Shown: positions 34,936 to 42,788 of the stretch, piece after piece
Position numbering within the stretch: the stretch's first letter is position 1
Layout: every line of letters begins with the position of its first letter
NCBI GenBank assembly: GCA_964395405.1
Contig: CAYNAV010000001.1
Span: 1-42,788 of the forward strand
DNA from: Candidatus Woesearchaeota archaeon
Lineage (GTDB): Archaea > Nanobdellota > Nanobdellia > Pacearchaeales > GW2011-AR1
Direction: 5' to 3'
DNA length: 42,788 bases
Position numbers and translations under genes: made by a program
Notes under the pieces: generated by a model
Told to the model about the DNA's origin: nothing
The model's input: the letters and a program-made list of their open reading frames with translations, nothing else
Databases searched by the model: none

Positions 34936-35790
34936 TTATTGAAATTGAGACAAGAGAGATTTATTTATTTGTTGAGCCATAGCCTTATTCCTTATCACTG
35001 TCATTTTTAATTTCCTTTTTCTATTAACAATCTCTGAAAGCTCAGATAAATCCAGGTTTTTTAGACTATTATTTTTTTTGAAAAACAAATCAAGTTCCTT
35101 TACCAGCTCTTGAGGATACTGCGACTGAACAATTAAGTCTCCATAGGTCCCAACATAGTAAGATTTATCAAAGGAAGAACTAGAAGCACTAATCATAAAT
35201 TTTATACCTATTTTTTTATAAAACCGTTGGATATTCTTATCTAGAATGGAATTTCCTGCCGTAAGAATGTAGGACATAACCCCTTTTTTCTTTAGATTGC
35301 CCATTATTTCCTTTTCTTTATCAAGATGCAAAAGCCCCTCCCATACATGTGCCGCCTGATAGCAGTTTACTTTTTGGTCACCTTTTTTGTATTTTTCATA
35401 CCAGTCCTTAATTAGATTCTGCCAGAACTTCATTAATTCATTAAGAGACTCAAAAGTAAATACAGAAATCTCATTATTAATCGAATCTTGATCTGGGTTA
35501 ATTGTTTCTTGATTAATTGTTTCATAGAGATTATCAATAAATCCTTTAGTTTCTTTCACCCATTCCTTATTAATCATAAACCCCTCTTTTTTATGTAAAA
35601 CAACATTTTGAGAAACTAGCTGTAATGTGGCTTTTCTAACTGCCTGAAATGTAACTTGCTTCCCGTATCTTTTTCTTATAAAATTAGTGAGATGTATTAA
35701 TTTTAAAGGAGACTCCCTAGTAAGTATCGTAAATATAAGGTCTTTGACATCTCCCGAATTGCCGATAGGAAGCAATAAATTTAAGCTCAT
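34936..35790 (-). CDS. hypothetical protein with N-terminal winged-helix-like domain (possible transcription regulator)
   Basis: 284 aa. The first 75 aa (DLIFTILTRESPLKLIHLTNFIRKRYGKQVTFQAVRKATLQLVSQNVVLHKKEGFMI) look like a wHTH. The C-terminal roughly 200 aa are unrecognised. Confidence 0.5.
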   Translation of the reverse strand: MSLNLLLPIGNSGDVKDLIFTILTRESPLKLIHLTNFIRKRYGKQVTFQAVRKATLQLVSQNVVLHKKEGFMINKEWVKETKGFIDNLYETINQETINPDQDSINNEISVFTFESLNELMKFWQNLIKDWYEKYKKGDQKVNCYQAAHVWEGLLHLDKEKEIMGNLKKKGVMSYILTAGNSILDKNIQRFYKKIGIKFMISASSSSFDKSYYVGTYGDLIVQSQYPQELVKELDLFFKKNNSLKNLDLSELSEIVNRKRKLKMTVIRNKAMAQQINKSLLSQFQ

Positions 35791-35906
35791 TAAACCTTTA
35801 AGTTAAATTATATTTTTAAACCTTTTGGTTTAATTAGCATTGAACCAATAAGATATAATACTTTTTTTACTTATAATTTTAATTAAATCAATTGGAGGAA
35901 AACAAA

Positions 35907-36254
35907 ATGGAAAACCAAACTAAAGAACAAAGAGAAGAAAACGCACGTCTAGGGGGTACTCTTACTGGTGCCCTACTCGGGATGATTGTAGGGGGCTTGG
36001 TAGCTTCTATTAGTGTGAGCAGTCATTATAAAGACATAATTGAGCAAAATGCAAGAAGAATTGCAAGAACACACTATGAACCTATTGGAAATGGGGGGGC
36101 TCTTGCTACAATGCATGGTAATCTTAGTCCAGAAAGAAGAGAAATGCTTACAAAAGTATCTGAAACATATAAAGAATATGGCGGAGAAGGATATTTCTCA
36201 AGCCCAGATGTTTTCAGAATGTGTGGAATGAGGGGCAGTAGAGGCGGAAGATAA
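35907..36254 (+). CDS. hypothetical small protein with glycine-zipper-like hydrophobic segment
   Basis: GGAGG lies 8 nt upstream of ATG 35907 (the track start at 35892 is TTG). GGTLTGALLGMIVGGLVASI segment and Gly/Arg-rich end. Confidence 0.5.
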   Translation: MENQTKEQREENARLGGTLTGALLGMIVGGLVASISVSSHYKDIIEQNARRIARTHYEPIGNGGALATMHGNLSPERREMLTKVSETYKEYGGEGYFSSPDVFRMCGMRGSRGGR

Positions 36255-36282
36255 AATTTATTTTTATTTTTTCATTTTTTTG

Positions 36283-36597
36283 TTAAATGTGATTCAAGGC
36301 AATATCAGAAAGCTCTTTAGTATCTTTATGTTGGCATGGTATATACGCCAACCTTACAGATTTTTTCCCTTCCCTCTTTTTTTCATTTGCGTAAAGTATG
36401 TGTATTGAGGGATCTGCAGGACCCCAATTGCTCCCCTCTAAGGCGATAGTCGCCGGAATAATTACAGGATTAGCATATTTCCCCCTCGCTAAATCTAAAG
36501 CAAATCTTGATAAAGTATCCGCAAGCTTATCTCCCCCCGCACTAGCATAAACAACTCTTCCTTGCCTTATTAACTTATGATTTAATGTTTCGCCCAT
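36283..36597 (-). CDS. hypothetical 104-aa protein immediately downstream of ftsZ
   Basis: Its ATG comes 2 nt after the ftsZ TAA on the same strand. No TM segment and no recognised motif. Confidence 0.55.
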   Translation of the reverse strand: MGETLNHKLIRQGRVVYASAGGDKLADTLSRFALDLARGKYANPVIIPATIALEGSNWGPADPSIHILYANEKKREGKKSVRLAYIPCQHKDTKELSDIALNHI

Positions 36598-36599
36598 TA

Positions 36600-37688
36600 T
36601 TATTCCTCCAGAAACTCAATTCCCAATTCATCTTCCATCTCTTCTCTCCTTGCCTGCTCAACGGGCATTCTTTCTCCAGAAATCTGACTACTCTTAACAC
36701 CAGTAACGATTACCATAACTCTTATTGAACCTTCAAGATCCTTTGAAATCTGTGCACCTGAAATCATCTTAGCATCCGGAGAAAGTTTAGCTCCAATAGT
36801 TTCAACAATTTCCTTATACTCTTCTAAAGACAAATCATTTCCACCAATAACATTAACTAAAGCACCAGTTGCATTTGTAATGTCCGCATCAAGCAGAGGA
36901 TTATTAATTGCTTTTTCAACAGCTTCCGCAGCCCTATTACTCGAGTCACTTTCTCCCATCCCAATTAAAGAAACACCACCATTAACCATTACAGCCTTAA
37001 CATCTGCAAAGTCCAAATTAACCAATCCAGATTTTGTAACTAATTCCGTAATTCCTTTAACAGAATTAGTCAAAATTTCATCTGCAACTTTAAATGCTGT
37101 CGGCAAAGGCAAATCTGGAGCAAGTTCAAGCAATTTATCATTAGGAATTATAATCAAAGTATCAACCAAGCCCTCCATTCGTTCTAAACCTTCCATAGCA
37201 TTTTCAATCCTTTTTCTTCCTTCAACAGTAAATGGCAAAGTAACAACTCCAATAGTCAAAGCCCCCATTTTCTTTGCAATTTCAGCAACAACAGGAGCCG
37301 CTCCAGTTCCCGTTCCTCCACCTAAACCACATGTAATAAAAACCATATCAGAGTTCTCTAATTTCTTCTTAATCTCCTGTTCCTGCTCTCTTGCAGCTTC
37401 TGCACCAATTCTCGGATTACTTCCAGCCCCAAGCCCCTTAGAGATCTCCCTGCCAATTAAAATCTTTTTATCAGCATTAGTATATAATAGGTCTTGAGCA
37501 TCAGTATTCACAGCAATAATTTCTCCGCCTCTAATTCCAACCTCTCTCATTCTAGAAATAGTATTCCCCCCAGCTCCGCCAACTCCAACTATCTTAATTC
37601 TTGCAGACTGGTTTTTTAAAAACTCTTCCAGCTCCTTATCCATCTCATTTTCAGAATGTCTTATCTCCTCAATTTCAGGCAAACTCAT
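36600..37688 (-). CDS. ftsZ: cell division GTPase FtsZ
   Basis: IKIVGVGGAGGNTISRM, GLGAGSNPRIG, ITCGLGGGTGTGAAPVVAEIAK, tubulin signature. Confidence 0.96.
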   Translation of the reverse strand: MSLPEIEEIRHSENEMDKELEEFLKNQSARIKIVGVGGAGGNTISRMREVGIRGGEIIAVNTDAQDLLYTNADKKILIGREISKGLGAGSNPRIGAEAAREQEQEIKKKLENSDMVFITCGLGGGTGTGAAPVVAEIAKKMGALTIGVVTLPFTVEGRKRIENAMEGLERMEGLVDTLIIIPNDKLLELAPDLPLPTAFKVADEILTNSVKGITELVTKSGLVNLDFADVKAVMVNGGVSLIGMGESDSSNRAAEAVEKAINNPLLDADITNATGALVNVIGGNDLSLEEYKEIVETIGAKLSPDAKMISGAQISKDLEGSIRVMVIVTGVKSSQISGERMPVEQARREEMEDELGIEFLEE

Positions 37689-37876
37689 AATTATAAGATA
37701 CAGGCAGCATTTATAAGGATTATTGAGGTTGAGTGTATAGTAATGCTTAAGAAATGCTCAGTTGTCTACAGTTCCAATAATCTATCTCTATCATTATATC
37801 TATTTAAACTGTCTAAAACCAAACTTTTTAAAAAATAACGACCTACAATTAATCAGAATTAGCATTACTAAATCGT

Positions 37877-38563
37877 TTATTCTTTATCTTCTTTATCAGC
37901 CTTTTCTTCTTTTTTCTCTATCTTCTCTTTAGGCTTTTCCTCAACCACCTCCACCTCAACCTTTTTTCCCAACATTTCCTCAAAATTCTTACCAAGCATT
38001 TCAACTAAAGGCTTCATCTTTTCTTCTACTTTAAAAATAACTTTATCAGAAACATCGAAATCAAATCTCTTCCTAAAGAAAAAATCTTGAAGGGCATTAA
38101 CCTTTTCATTAATATCTTCTAATTTTTTATTAACATTGAAATCATAAACAACCACCTTTCCAGCAAGGGGATTATTGAAATCAACCAATGTTCTTCCACT
38201 AGATACAGACACAACCTTAACAAGCCTTCCATCAAGGGCGAGTTGCATTCCTCTTTCCGGCCTGATTTTTTGCTCTAAAAATGCTTTTGTTGGTATCATC
38301 CTTATCAAAGAGGCATTTCTCTTTCCAAACGCTTTTTCAGGGCCAAATTCTTCAGAATACTTTTCCCCAACCTGCTTCCCATTCAGAGACTCATCAAATC
38401 CAGGAATAATCATATCATGCCCAACACATAAAACAAAAGGTTTTGCTTCGATCTTTAGCCCCGCTTTTTCAGCATCTTCTTTAATATTAGTGTCAAAAAC
38501 TTCCCCATCCTTGACTCTTGCGGTGAATTCTATTTCAATGAAGTCATTTTTCTTAATTTCCAT
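37877..38563 (-). CDS. FKBP-type peptidyl-prolyl cis-trans isomerase (long archaeal type with insert-in-flap) with Lys/Glu-rich tail
   Basis: FIEIEFTARVKDGEVFDTN, IIPGFDESLNGKQVGEK, DFNNPLAGKVVVYDFNV. Confidence 0.88.
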   Translation of the reverse strand: MEIKKNDFIEIEFTARVKDGEVFDTNIKEDAEKAGLKIEAKPFVLCVGHDMIIPGFDESLNGKQVGEKYSEEFGPEKAFGKRNASLIRMIPTKAFLEQKIRPERGMQLALDGRLVKVVSVSSGRTLVDFNNPLAGKVVVYDFNVNKKLEDINEKVNALQDFFFRKRFDFDVSDKVIFKVEEKMKPLVEMLGKNFEEMLGKKVEVEVVEEKPKEKIEKKEEKADKEDKE

Positions 38564-38653
38564 GTCTGTTTTAGAAATATATGCTTTAAAAGGTTAATTG
38601 TTATTTTTTAAAAATTCCCAAAACTTTATAAATCAACTTTATCATTTTTAGTT

Positions 38654-39043
38654 ATGGCATTTAAAATTGTTGACGCTTCAGAACTTAGGGTTGGGAGTAA
38701 TATGTTAATTGATGGAGAATCATGCACAGTTAAAAAAATGGATATTTCTAAAACAGGAAAACACGGACATGCAAAGTGTAGAATCGAAGCAGTTGGCATC
38801 ATTTCTGGAAAAAAGAAAGTTTTAGTCGTTCCAGGCCATGATAAGTTTGAAGTTCCTTTAATTGAAAAGAAGAAAGCACAGGTTTTATCAATCATTGATG
38901 AGAAAGCATCTATAATGGATGCAGAAAGTTTTGAAAATTTTGAAATAGCAATACCTGAAGAGCTAAAAGGCCAAGTTCAGGAAGGCATGAACGTTGAATA
39001 TTGGGACATCGAAGGCGATAAAATTATCAAGAGGACATTATAA
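38654..39043 (+). CDS. eif5a: translation initiation factor 5A (aIF5A)
   Basis: Hypusine-loop motif SKTGKHGHAK and an OB-fold C-terminal half. Confidence 0.93.
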   Translation: MAFKIVDASELRVGSNMLIDGESCTVKKMDISKTGKHGHAKCRIEAVGIISGKKKVLVVPGHDKFEVPLIEKKKAQVLSIIDEKASIMDAESFENFEIAIPEELKGQVQEGMNVEYWDIEGDKIIKRTL

Positions 39044-39207
39044 TGGCATCAAAAATTTTAGCAGCACAAAATAGATTATTTAAGAACGCATTTGTTTGTA
39101 AGTATTGTAAACATAAAGTTAGAGTAGCTCCTTTAAAAGTTCTGACAGGCAAAGTGAGTTGCAGAAAATGCAAGAAAAAAGATTTCAGGCCAGTTAGGAA
39201 GAAATAA
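39043..39207 (+). CDS. rpl40e: ribosomal protein eL40, 54 aa, not in ORF track
   Basis: Hand translation gives MASKILAAQNRLFKNAFVCKYCKHKVRVAPLKVLTGKVSCRKCKKKDFRPVRKK. CxxC...CxxC followed by a basic tail. Its ATG shares one nt with the aIF5A TAA. Confidence 0.8.
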   Translation: MASKILAAQNRLFKNAFVCKYCKHKVRVAPLKVLTGKVSCRKCKKKDFRPVRKK

Positions 39208-39257
39208 TTCTTTAATCAAATCAAACCATTTAAAAACCTCTTTTGTATAATAATCCA

Positions 39258-40634
39258 ATGGTGAGTTTCGTTGTTTATGATTTAATCTTTTTGGTAGTGT
39301 TTACCTTATTTATTATCCTTTTCCTTCATAAAAAAAGAAAAAACCTTAAGAGAGAAGGCATTATGTATCTTTATAGAACCAAATTAGGCGTAGAAGCAAT
39401 AAATTATATTGGCAATAAATACAAAAAAACACTCCATTTTTTAAAATATCTTGTTGTTGCGGTTGGCTATATTCTCATGATTGGAATGATATACCTTCTG
39501 TATAAGTCGGTTCAGACTTACTTATTTGTTCCTCTTCCCGCCGAACTAGCTAATGCCCCACCTATAGCCCCGCTAATTCCTTATTTTCCTCAGTTGTTTG
39601 GTTTAGAAAGTTTCTTCCCTCCTTTTTATTTTACCTATTTTATTGTAGCATTAGCAATCGTCGCAATCGTTCACGAATTCTCCCATGGAATATACATGAA
39701 ATTGTTCAAGATAAAAATAAAATCAACAGGCTTCGCATTCCTTGGTCCAATACTTGGCGCTTTTGTGGAAGAAGACAGAAATCAATTTATAAAAAAGAAA
39801 AACCTTGAACAAAGGACAGTTCTTGCAGCCGGAGTTTTTGCAAATACTTTATTTGCCTTAATTTTCTATTTGCTATTGGTCGGATTTTTTTATATCTCCT
39901 TCGCTCCCTCCGGTTATATTTTTAATTCATACGCATATTCAATCATAAACTCAAATGAGATAACCCAAATAAATCAATCAGGAAACCTTACTGCGGTATA
40001 TGCGGGAAACAAAACATATTTTCTTACATCAGATATGAAACAACAGCTGGACAATAATCTGTCTCAAATTATTGCTTATGAGGATACTCCAGCATTCAGA
40101 GCAATGATTAAAGGAGCAATAATCCAATTGAATGATGTAAAAATAAAAAACCAACAAGATCTACAAGAATTTTTACAAAATAAAAAACCAGGAGACCAGG
40201 TAGAGATTAAAACAATTTCAAATGGAGTTGAAGAAAAATATTCAATCATCCTCGGGAATAGCCCATCAAACGAATCAAAAGCTTACATGGGCATTGCATC
40301 AGCACAGTCAAATGCAAAAGGGGTCCTACAGAAAATAATCTTAAAATTTACATCATTTAAAGATCAATCAACATATTATTCGCCAAGATTTGATGGAGAT
40401 ATTATAATTTTCATTTATAATTTATTATGGTGGGTAATGATCATTAATTTGTTAGTTGCATTATTCAACATGCTCCCATTAGGAATTCTCGACGGAGGAA
40501 GGTTCTTTTACTTGACAATACTATCCGTTACAAAATCAGAAAAGGCATCCTCAATCATCTTCAAGATTACAACTTACCTAATTATTCTTTCTTTTGCATC
40601 AATTATCCTTTTTTGGCTGTTTAGATTTATTTAA
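39258..40634 (+). CDS. M50 family site-2 metalloprotease with PDZ-like insert
   Basis: HEFSHG zinc motif in a TM helix and NMLPLGILDGG (NxxPxxxLDG) near the C-terminus. Polytopic. The track start at 39243 is TTG; the first ATG is at 39258. Confidence 0.88.
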   Translation: MVSFVVYDLIFLVVFTLFIILFLHKKRKNLKREGIMYLYRTKLGVEAINYIGNKYKKTLHFLKYLVVAVGYILMIGMIYLLYKSVQTYLFVPLPAELANAPPIAPLIPYFPQLFGLESFFPPFYFTYFIVALAIVAIVHEFSHGIYMKLFKIKIKSTGFAFLGPILGAFVEEDRNQFIKKKNLEQRTVLAAGVFANTLFALIFYLLLVGFFYISFAPSGYIFNSYAYSIINSNEITQINQSGNLTAVYAGNKTYFLTSDMKQQLDNNLSQIIAYEDTPAFRAMIKGAIIQLNDVKIKNQQDLQEFLQNKKPGDQVEIKTISNGVEEKYSIILGNSPSNESKAYMGIASAQSNAKGVLQKIILKFTSFKDQSTYYSPRFDGDIIIFIYNLLWWVMIINLLVALFNMLPLGILDGGRFFYLTILSVTKSEKASSIIFKITTYLIILSFASIILFWLFRFI

Positions 40635-40660
40635 TTTTACCGACGGAGAAATTTTCATTG

Positions 40661-40682
40661 AAAAATAAAAATTTTTATTTTT
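40661..40682 (+). terminator. perfect 22-nt A/T palindrome (AAAAATAAAAA/TTTTTATTTTT) 27 nt after the protease stop
   Basis: Read directly from the sequence. Followed by further T runs. Confidence 0.35.
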
Positions 40683-40738
40683 AGAAAGATATTTAAACAA
40701 CTTTATCTTCATTTAATTAATTAAAAAGAGGTTTAATT

Positions 40739-40807
40739 ATGGCAAAGAAAAAAGCAGCTAAAAAGAAAACAACAAAGAAAAAAGCAGCTAAAAAGAAAAA
40801 GAGATAA
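40739..40807 (+). CDS. candidate 22-aa polycationic micro-protein (MAKKKAAKKKTTKKKAAKKKKR)
   Basis: GAGGT lies 6 nt upstream of the ATG. The ORF contains a 27-nt exact tandem duplication (40743-40769 and 40773-40799). T-rich tract downstream. Confidence 0.35.
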   Translation: MAKKKAAKKKTTKKKAAKKKKR

Positions 40808-40844
40808 ACAACACATTTATAAATTTTTATTTTTTTATTAATTA

Positions 40845-41864
40845 ATGAATTCTAAAAAAAACATCGAAAGCATACGAAAGACCCTCGGGAAACAGAAATA
40901 TGCTTTTGCTGGTCATCATTCAGCCGTTCAGATATGCCGATGGACAAAAAATTCTCTAAATAAAAAAGGATCTTGCTGGAAAGAAAAATTTTATGGGATT
41001 GAATCTCACCGCTGTTGTGAGATGTCTCCTGCGGTAATATGGTGCGAAAATCAATGTTTGCATTGTTGGCGTCCGATAGAATTAAATCTCGGAACAAAAT
41101 TAGAAACAATAGACGAACCAGAAAAAATATTAACAGGAATTATTGAAGCAAGAAAAAAACTTATCATGGGGTTCAAAGGAAATAAAAAGGTATCTGAAAA
41201 AAAATTTAAAGAAGCTTTAGAACCAACACTTTTTACAATGTCCTTATCCGGAGAACCAACGTTATATCCAAGACTGGGGGAATTATTTTCAGAAATAAGA
41301 AAAAGAAAATGCATTTCATTTCTCGTAACCAATGGCCAGAACCCAGAAGTTCTTGAAAAATTAGAAAAAGAAAATAATCTTCCAACCCAATTAACAATCT
41401 CCATGAATGCAGGAAATGAGAAATTATTCAAACTCTGGCATCGTTCCTCAAAAAAGGACGCATGGAAAAGATTTAATCAGTCATTAGACATAATTAAAAA
41501 TTTAAAGGAAAAAACCCGTAGGGCAGTTAGATTAACCCTAGTAAAGCCAGGAACAAATAAGGCAAAATACCAAGAACTTACAAATATGTCTGACGAAAAC
41601 GCAAAAGAATATGCCCTACTAATAAAAAAAGCAGATCCAGACTTCATCCATGTGAAAGGCTTCATGTCTGTTGGATATTCTAGAGAAAGACTAGGTTACG
41701 ATAAAATGCCTTGGCATTATGAGATTAAAAAGTTTGCAGAAAAGCTTTTAGAAGAACTAAAAAAGCAAGGCATGAAAGACTACAAGATAATGGGTGAAGA
41801 AAAAAGAAGCTGCGTTGTCCTATTAGCTAAGAATAAAAAAGATTTGAAGATTAAGAACGTTTAG
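40845..41864 (+). CDS. tyw1: tRNA 4-demethylwyosine synthase (TYW1/Taw1), radical SAM
   Basis: HSAVQICRWTK....CWKEKFYGIESHRCCEMSP....C.N.CLHCWR and LSGEPTLYP blocks. Confidence 0.88.
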   Translation: MNSKKNIESIRKTLGKQKYAFAGHHSAVQICRWTKNSLNKKGSCWKEKFYGIESHRCCEMSPAVIWCENQCLHCWRPIELNLGTKLETIDEPEKILTGIIEARKKLIMGFKGNKKVSEKKFKEALEPTLFTMSLSGEPTLYPRLGELFSEIRKRKCISFLVTNGQNPEVLEKLEKENNLPTQLTISMNAGNEKLFKLWHRSSKKDAWKRFNQSLDIIKNLKEKTRRAVRLTLVKPGTNKAKYQELTNMSDENAKEYALLIKKADPDFIHVKGFMSVGYSRERLGYDKMPWHYEIKKFAEKLLEELKKQGMKDYKIMGEEKRSCVVLLAKNKKDLKIKNV

Positions 41865-42275
41865 TCAAGCAGTTTTCGTTCTGGATTCTTTAGCTAAACT
41901 ATCAAGATAACCATAATAAAGATATTCATCTTCTGAAGAGTACCAATCTGCTTTTTTCTCATTGCTAAGATTATTAAGTAATTGTGAATATTCCCATGCC
42001 TGAAGAGTTTCTATCTGTCTTCTGTTTCCGAATTCTAATCTTCCCATATTTTTCAAATCATTTTCAACATCAACCAATTCTCGCAAAGGAGTTATTACTC
42101 TCTGATACTTCGCTCTGTTTTGCGGAAATAAAGTAAAATAAAGACCAAAAATAAGACTAAACCCCTCTCTTTCGAACCATTCAAGTTGCTCCCTCCAACT
42201 TCCATCTCTGAATAAAGGATCTTGATTTCCATCAAGAGAGAATTTTTTTCTAGATATTATTCGTTTCATCTTCAC
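41865..42275 (-). CDS. hypothetical 136-aa protein, second gene of a two-gene unit
   Basis: The GTG at 42275 overlaps the upstream TGA (GTGA); the first ATG is at 42269. No His, no TM segment, no recognised motif. Confidence 0.5.
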   Translation of the reverse strand: MKMKRIISRKKFSLDGNQDPLFRDGSWREQLEWFEREGFSLIFGLYFTLFPQNRAKYQRVITPLRELVDVENDLKNMGRLEFGNRRQIETLQAWEYSQLLNNLSNEKKADWYSSEDEYLYYGYLDSLAKESRTKTA

Positions 42276-42622
42276 AAAAACACAACACCTTCCTTTGTCA
42301 GAGCTGTAAATCTCACCCCAACAGGAATCGAAAGCAAAGCAGAAATCAAAGCCATATGCTCCTTTCCAGACCCAGAAGCAAGAGACAAAGCGACCTCTAA
42401 ACCATCCAATCTACCCTTCAATTTATCCCCAAAGTCTTTTTTCAATTGGACTAATGAGCTTTCAGAGTCATATTCAATAAAATCAAATGGAATCTCAGAT
42501 GTAAACTCTTGTGCATAACTTGGCCCGAGAATAATTATCTTCTCCCATTCCCCTTTCTTCATTAATCCAGCAACCTGTCCCCAAGTTCCCTTTCCTGATG
42601 ACAAAACACCAATAAATTCCAT
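42272..42622 (-). CDS. hypothetical small alpha/beta (Rossmann-like, CARF/Csa3-N-terminal-like pattern) protein
   Basis: 116 aa. Beta-strand/Gly-loop start FIGVLSSGKGTWG. Later LSLASGSGKEHMALISALL followed by VRFTAL, resembling the TGG-type loop of CARF-like ligand-binding domains. Weak, pattern-level call only. Confidence 0.45.
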   Translation of the reverse strand: MEFIGVLSSGKGTWGQVAGLMKKGEWEKIIILGPSYAQEFTSEIPFDFIEYDSESSLVQLKKDFGDKLKGRLDGLEVALSLASGSGKEHMALISALLSIPVGVRFTALTKEGVVFL

Positions 42623-42788
42623 AATTAAAAATAACCCTTGTGATTTATAAGGATTTATATGATTAAGTATATCTCAAACATTAAGCAAGCACCATGAATA
42701 CCTTATAAAGCCGAACCAACTTAAACACCGGACATCAGTTACTAGACAATACTCAGACCAGGAACAAAATAAGATACTGCCGCATTCC

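Noticed and set aside
36880-37497. 205-aa plus-strand ORF inside ftsZ.
   Set aside because: It is antisense to a textbook FtsZ coding sequence. Its Ser/Pro/Ala-rich translation mirrors the Gly/Ala/Thr-rich tubulin signature codons.
38626-38895. 89-aa minus-strand ORF overlapping aIF5A.
   Set aside because: It is antisense to a gene with the diagnostic hypusine motif, and it has no independent support.
42623-42788. Slightly GC-richer 166-nt tail of the window, examined for a tRNA, another ncRNA or a partial ORF.
   Set aside because: There are stops in all six frames, and I could find no cloverleaf or conserved boxes. It is too short and truncated to call.

Overview
AT-rich (about one-third GC by eye), very gene-dense archaeal chromosome segment. 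It probably comes from a small-genome uncultured lineage (DPANN-like: compact informational genes, a minimal archaeosortase, Lys/Glu-rich tails on core proteins). Most of the window is minus-strand information-processing core. This comprises secY plus the complete archaeal spc/S10-type ribosomal-protein string (uL15 to uL3, 4257-16083) and NusA-eL30-RpoA-RpoB-RpoH (17105-24858). Further right lie SepF, prefoldin beta-RpoP-eL43, tRNA-Pro, uL11-Spt5-SecE, FtsZ, an FKBP, aIF5A-eL40, an M50 site-2 protease and TYW1/Taw1. Four short genes below the ORF-track cutoff were recovered by hand translation (uL29, RpoP, SecE, eL40). Two tRNAs were also found, and tRNA-Lys carries a 42-nt intron. Several track ORFs begin at TTG/GTG, and I moved those to the first ATG where the context supports it. 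Non-core content includes an AbrB-PIN toxin-antitoxin pair in the slot where adk normally follows secY, and a surface-glycoprotein / small Cys protein / minimal archaeosortase cassette. There are also several ORFs I cannot assign to a family. The most unusual observations are unknown genes welded into otherwise near-invariant operons: (1) a 102-aa ORF between rpl3 and rpl4 with ATGA overlaps at both ends; (2) a 129-aa acidic ORF between rpl15 and secY; (3) a 45-56-aa ORF filling the rpoB-rpoA junction and overlapping both genes; (4) a 104-aa ORF abutting ftsZ. In addition, RpoA is a single fused A'+A'' polypeptide. A duplicated start region creates a 15-codon uORF in front of rps8. A 380-nt A/T-rich non-coding island carries inverted ATACTAA-type repeats. 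No CRISPR array, transposase, integrase, reverse transcriptase or rRNA was seen. All family calls come from motif recognition by eye; no searches were run.
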